Source of the DNA: the human T2T-CHM13v2.0 reference genome, Homo sapiens
Length of the DNA: 64,000 bases
NCBI RefSeq assembly: GCF_009914755.1
Contig: NC_060930.1
Reading direction: 5' to 3' (one strand)
This document shows positions 58,400-64,000 of this stretch, piece after piece. Numbering within the stretch: position 1 is the stretch's first letter; the number at the start of each line of letters is the position of its first letter. The position numbers and the translations under genes are program-made. The notes under the pieces were generated by a model. That model ran no database searches, was not told where the DNA came from, and saw nothing but the letters and a program-made list of their open reading frames with translations.

Positions 58400-58757
58400 C
58401 TGCATTGATCAGGGTAACTAAGGCTTACTACTGGAACAAGCAGTGCTGTAAATCTCATGGGCTTAACATGAAGTCTGATATGGATTTGGGTGGGGGCTTT
58501 ACTAGGGGGCTTACCTCTAAGCAGTGACAAAACTATGTAGGCTTTATTCAATTGTGTGGCTCTGTCATCTTTAAGTCCATCACTTCCTGCCTCAGCTACA
58601 GAAGAGAGAAAGAATGAACTACCAAATGAGACTTTTTAGGACTATATCACATGTGGCTTCAACTTAAGAGCAACGGTAGCTGGGAAATATCATCTTCCTG
58701 TGTACCTCCCAAAAAATAAAATGGGTTTGTGAATACATAGCATTTTCTTTATTACAC
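58400..58757 (-). mobile_element. Old MaLR LTR (MLT1L/K-like)
   Basis: aaatctcatgggcttaaca ... tgtggctctgtcatct ... gctgggaaatatcatcttcctgtgtacc ... gggtttgtgaatacatagc. Confidence 0.6.
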
Positions 58758-60784
58758 TATAGAATATCCAAATAGAGATCGGATATTTTATAGTGTAATA
58801 AAGAAATTGGGAAATTAGGAGTTAGGGCTGAATGATAAATATAGCCTTTGAAGACAGTGACAATGATATACAGTTGATTAGTTGGATATTGGATAATAAA
58901 ACCCATCACCTAAAGAAAGAGCATAGCAAATGATTAAAAACAGGATTTAAAGAATGGTTTTTACAATGAGGGACAATGGTAGAAGCTTATTGTGGTGTGG
59001 ACTTGTAATTACCTCTTAATTTCCATTTTTTTCTTCCTTTGTAACAAAACTCTAGTTTTTTGCCTAACTAAAAGACTGTTGTGTACCCTTCTTTATAGTA
59101 GGGTATAACCACATGACTAATGTCACATATAAAAATGGAGAACGGGTGCACATTAAAGAGTAGGTAAGTGGTTAATATACTTTTTCTCTCTCAATCCTCC
59201 CAACCTGCCCTCTTTACCTTTATCTCTCCAAAATAACATGTTTGTTGTTTAATAGAGATGACATCGTCCTAATCTAAGGCTTAAGATTCCTGTAACTCTT
59301 AAGTCACACTTTGCCAAATTTTTATTCAATCACTGAAGGCTCACATTGCCTCTGAAAGAAAAAAAAAAAGCAAGTGAAATATTTCTGACTGTGAGTGTTC
59401 TTATATTGGCATCTTAGTGTGAACTTAGGGGATATGTTAGCGTTGACTGTTTTCTGTATCACCTCAGGTGTATTTTGTCTTTCCCCTCTTGACTTCACTT
59501 ACCCACTCACTCTGACTAATGTCCTAGCAGTGGCAAGCATGTAGATGTCTAAAAATGTAGAAATTGTAAGAAAGAGGCTGTTTCAGGGCAGCATTTGGAA
59601 GTGGCTATTGTGTAGGGCTAACCATATCTCTCTCCTGCCAGAGGTCATGGCCTTGTTGATGGTCTCTAGTCAAGAGCAATCCCATTAGTGAAAAAAAAAA
59701 AAAAAAAGAAAACCAGCACTGACAGTGACTGCTTCCAAATATTCTCCTGTCTGCTACTATAGAATTTCCTAGTGTTTCCCATCTTGTCAATTCCTTTCCC
59801 TCACCTTTTTTACACTGAGTGAACAACTTTTATTTGAAGTGTTAGGTACTAACCCAGTTCTCTCACCCTTTACTCTGCTTCCTTCCTTTCTTAAATGCTT
59901 CCTGCTTTGTAACCCTCTGCAGCTAGTGATACATTAGTTTATGTTTGTGTTTTCTCAAGAAGTGAAACTGTTGTAGGTTGACCTATTATATAGAAGTACA
60001 TACTCCTCAGTAGAAGGCAACTTATGATTGTAGAAACTGGGTGTTTCGTGAGAAGTTGCTACTTAACTGACCAATTAGGAAAAGGGGTACAGAAATGATT
60101 GAGACCTCCAAGGAGATACAGATTCATTTAAGTTGAGTGTACTGCTGCAGACATCATTTTGAATATCTGTATTACGAGTAAATGGTGGAAATTTGAAGAC
60201 AAGTCCATACTTTATGAAAGTAAGAGAACAAGAAATTTGTTTCCCTAAATCTGTGAGCATACCCTATAATTCATCAGAAACAGCAAATTCACAAACACAA
60301 AATTGACAGAAATATGTAAAACTTTTCCAGCAGTTTACTTCTGAATACATTAGAAAATGTGACAGAACATAGTAAATTTCTTGTCATTTTACTTCCCAAG
60401 GGAAGTGCTAGGTTTGTAAATCCTAGAATATCATCAAATTATATTTTGAAATTTATTTCTTTTTGAGCTAGAATTTTAAAAGATTACATGTTTTTTCACA
60501 GAATACGTTCATCCAGTTACTAATAATGATGCTGAAGGAATGGAAATGTAATTTCTAGAAATCATCACTTTTCAAAGTTTTATAGTTTGTGAACTGGAAT
60601 ACTGAAGATGGAAGTATGATTTAATATTTGGTAGAAACAGGAGAGTTTGTTATTTGTAGCTCTGATATTAGAAATTACTTGAGGTTTCTGTTACCAAACT
60701 TCACAAAATATATTTCATAAAAAGCATTCTTAACTCAGGTTATACATTTTTTAAAAATTATTCTGAAAGGAATTAGATATTTAA

Positions 60785-60935
60785 CATTGTAGCTGACCTA
60801 AATAAATTGGAGAAAATTCTTAAACAATTATCTTTCATTTTCCCATCAATAAATGGAGCAATAATAATACCTAATTATTTATTGCACAGGAGTCTTGCAA
60901 TAATTAATTAAAGCTTTAAAGTACTTTGAAGATGA
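60785..60935 (+). mobile_element. MIR remnant
   Basis: ttttcccatcaataaatggagcaataataatacct ... aaagtactttgaa. Confidence 0.55.
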
Positions 60936-61644
60936 AAACAATTTTATAGGCCTCATTATTAAAGGTAATTTTTTATGGTAACCAGTCAAAGTCATTCATT
61001 TGGTCTTTTAAACTTGTTTTTAAATGCTCTATTCGGATCCAGGTGTTAATTAAAAAATTTTAAAACAACACTTAGGAAACATATGAAATTCTGCTTTCTA
61101 TCTTGATGCTTAACTTGTGAAATAATAGGTAAGTTTTTTTTCCGAATTTTGTTTTTTTCATGTTTATACGCCTCTCTCAAATCCCATTGAGTGAGCGAGT
61201 ATTGCTCCCAGCTCATTATTACAAAAAGAGGTTTGCCATGTTAAAGCCACTAAGATTTTTCTTTTTCTGAAGCTCTTTACTTAATGCAAAGACAAAGTGT
61301 CATCTATGATAACAATTCTGCATATGGAAAACACAAGGTTATTCATCCATTTAAACATTTATTGAGCAAATGCTATAGTTTAAAAAAGATAAGCCACTCG
61401 GTAAATTGGAAAATATAGTAATATGTCACTTGCATGAAATTTTTATCCAATGAAATAATCAAGTAATTAAATTTAAGGTGAAAGTGATTGATGTAATATA
61501 GGTTAAAAGCCAGTATGGCAAAGGCTGAAACATTACAAAGAGAGGCATCAAATGTGGTTTTGGGAAGCACTCAATTTTTGTGTAGATAATATCCTAGATG
61601 TACCTGTATTTCATAGGAAAGAAGGCAGTAGTGGTATTCTAGAA

Positions 61645-61854
61645 CAGTGGTTCTCAACAAGGGCAATAGTCCCCTGTCCCCCATTCCTGGGACATTTATC
61701 AATTTCTGGAAATATTTTTGGTTGTCACAACTAGGGAAGTGCTACTTGCATCTAGTGGGAAGCTACTAAACATCCTACAAAACACAGGACGGCCCACCAC
61801 AACAGAGAATTATCCAGCCCTAAATATCAACAAAACTGAGCTTGAGGAAGTCTG
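61645..61854 (+). mobile_element. MER20 (hAT-Charlie MITE)
   Basis: CAGTGGTTCTCAAC start; gggacatt...tctggaaatatttttggttgtcacaact...tgctacttgcatctagtggg...acaacagagaattatccagccc. Confidence 0.92.
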
Positions 61855-62349
61855 CTCTTGTTGGAAAACACAGAACTATCAAGGCACCAGATGGAGAAAG
61901 TATAAGATGTATATCAGGAATAGCTTGGCAGGAGTAGACGTTGAAGGTAACATTGAAAATGCTTTAGGATAGCCTTGATTATTAGATTAGACTACAAAGC
62001 TGACTCATTGAATCACTCACGCACTGTGAGTCATTCAATAAACATTTATATCTCAGGCAATACGGACAGAGAGATAGAAGATATAGATGCTGCTGTAAAG
62101 TTTACAATTTAGTTGGAGACAGTCAGATAAACCACCCACTGTGTGAACAAAGTGATATCTGTCAAACACCAATTCTACTGTGTCTTTAAAAAAAGTTCAA
62201 TTAAAAATAAATTTTGGAAAGAGTATGCACTACATACTTCTCCACAACTTGGGACTATATACAATCTTGTTTTGTGTATCAGTTTGCCTTTATTTCAGCC
62301 AGCATTTCTTTTGGCAGTGTACTTTTAATTCCCTTTTATATAACAACTA

Positions 62350-62850
62350 TTAGCAACCCATGACGTATTGGATAGCTTCCCTTCCAGACTCACTCTGGAC
62401 CCTTCTCTGTGCTATTCCAGGCTCAAGATACTGATCTTCGGGAACTTCATGCTGAGTGTCCCTGTGTTCGGTTCTTGATTGTGTTTGGCCCAAGAGGGAC
62501 ATTTATAGGAGATGAGAGGGTGAGAGGAGACAGGGGTTGGGGCATTTGGTCCCTCAACTCCCTCCTCCAAATAGCCAGGTCACCACAGACTTGCTGCATC
62601 CCTCCACTGAAGGCCACACTCCTTTCAGATGCCCTTTCTTATAGAGCTACCCTGTCTGGGTCCTTATAACTGTTTCCTCTCCTTATCCCTTCTATCTAAA
62701 GCTGGCAATGTTCCTCATCTGTTGTGAGCTGTATGCTGCTTCACTATCCCTCTTTAGGAAACTGCCTACACATTTGTAAAAATCCTTTATTAAGCACTCC
62801 TCAAAGTGCCAGTCTAGGATTCTCATTGTTATATATGGGGAACATGACTT
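62350..62850 (+). mobile_element. LTR33-like ERVL solo LTR
   Basis: cccttccagactcactctggacccttctc ... tttggccc ... aggagatgagagggtgagagg ... ccctccactgaaggccaca ... tttgtaaaaatcctttattaa. Confidence 0.75.
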
Positions 62851-62870
62851 GGGAACTGCTTGTATGGTAG

Positions 62871-63408
<538 letters not shown>

Positions 63409-63781
63409 TAAGGTTTTGAAAAAGTGAAGTGGCTCAAGAGTCATGCTTTATTCTGGTAGATGGATTTCAAAGACGGGAAGAAGGCATGAGGCAAGGAGAC
63501 AAACCCAGATGTACATTTAATAATGAGTAATTAATACTTTATTGATTATGTTTTCCTTTATTTTATAATTCTAATGAACTGACGCCAATATTTTTAAAAA
63601 GCAAGATAATGATTTGAAGAGAGTTAGCCATGGCAGGGAAAGCATGAATGGAAAAGAGATTGTGCTGTTATAGTGACAGTGCCTGGAAACTCATTGAACC
63701 TGACAGTGTAGAAAGATGATGTGAGATAGGCAGGGAAAGACAGTAGTAAAAATCCAAAATTTAACGTACGGAAACAACCAT

Positions 63782-63868
63782 GTCTGTGGCCATTCCACTC
63801 TGAACACGCCGATACTGTCTGATCTCAGAGGCTAAGCACCGTCCAGCTTGGTTAGTATTTGGATGGGA
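63782..63868 (+). pseudogene. 5S rRNA pseudogene, 3'-truncated at ~nt 88, no poly(A)
   Basis: gtctgtggccattccactctgaacacgccgatactgtctgatctcagaggctaagcacc...tggttagtatttggatggga aligns to 5S GTCTACGGCCATACCACCCTGAACGCGCCCGATCTCGTCTGATCTCGGAAGCTAAGCAGG...TGGTTAGTACTTGGATGGGA. Confidence 0.93.
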
Positions 63869-64000
63869 AGAAACATCTTCTTCCCCAATTCCTTTTTAGT
63901 TACCAATTATATCTATTACTTTTATGAATGTTAAGAGTCTACATTGAGATTAGATTAGCATGCAGGGGTATGACAATCTTTTAATGGAGAAGGTAACTTC

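Noticed and set aside
62001-62033. Two AP-1 heptamers (TGACTCA, TGAGTCA) 26 bp apart
   Set aside because: They sit in a degenerate L2-type (CATT)-like terminus; the motif alone is insufficient.

Overview
Human (AluYb8-containing), AT-rich, repeat-dense non-coding genomic DNA, either intergenic or deep intron. I found no intact protein-coding gene; the ORF track is explained by L1 ORF2, Alu, Hsmar1 transposase, ERV-L pol, an RPL21 processed pseudogene and chance ORFs. Recognisable features: an RPL21 retrocopy with a long 3' extension, a 3'-truncated 5S rRNA pseudogene, 9 or 10 Alus (J, S, Y, Yb8), several L1s (PA, PB, MA, MB, ME classes), MaLR/ERVL/ERV1 LTRs, an ERV-L internal remnant (RNase H-integrase-dUTPase), MER30, MER20, a half Hsmar1, and MIR/L2 remnants. 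The most unusual structure is a ~420-bp patchwork insertion at ~53.64-54.06 kb. It is built from about six segments copied from nearby DNA in alternating orientation and joined at microhomologies, i.e. a datable fossil of multi-step template-switch repair. Other templated-insertion scars lie at 20.35 kb and 39.55 kb. Also notable are a miniature twin-primed L1, an L1 with an apparent 13-nt 3' transduction, and a strong minus-strand 10-nt microexon candidate at 40377-40386. Subfamily calls come from remembered consensus diagnostics, not a database search, and boundaries of old repeats are approximate. I cannot support a wholly new biological system here.
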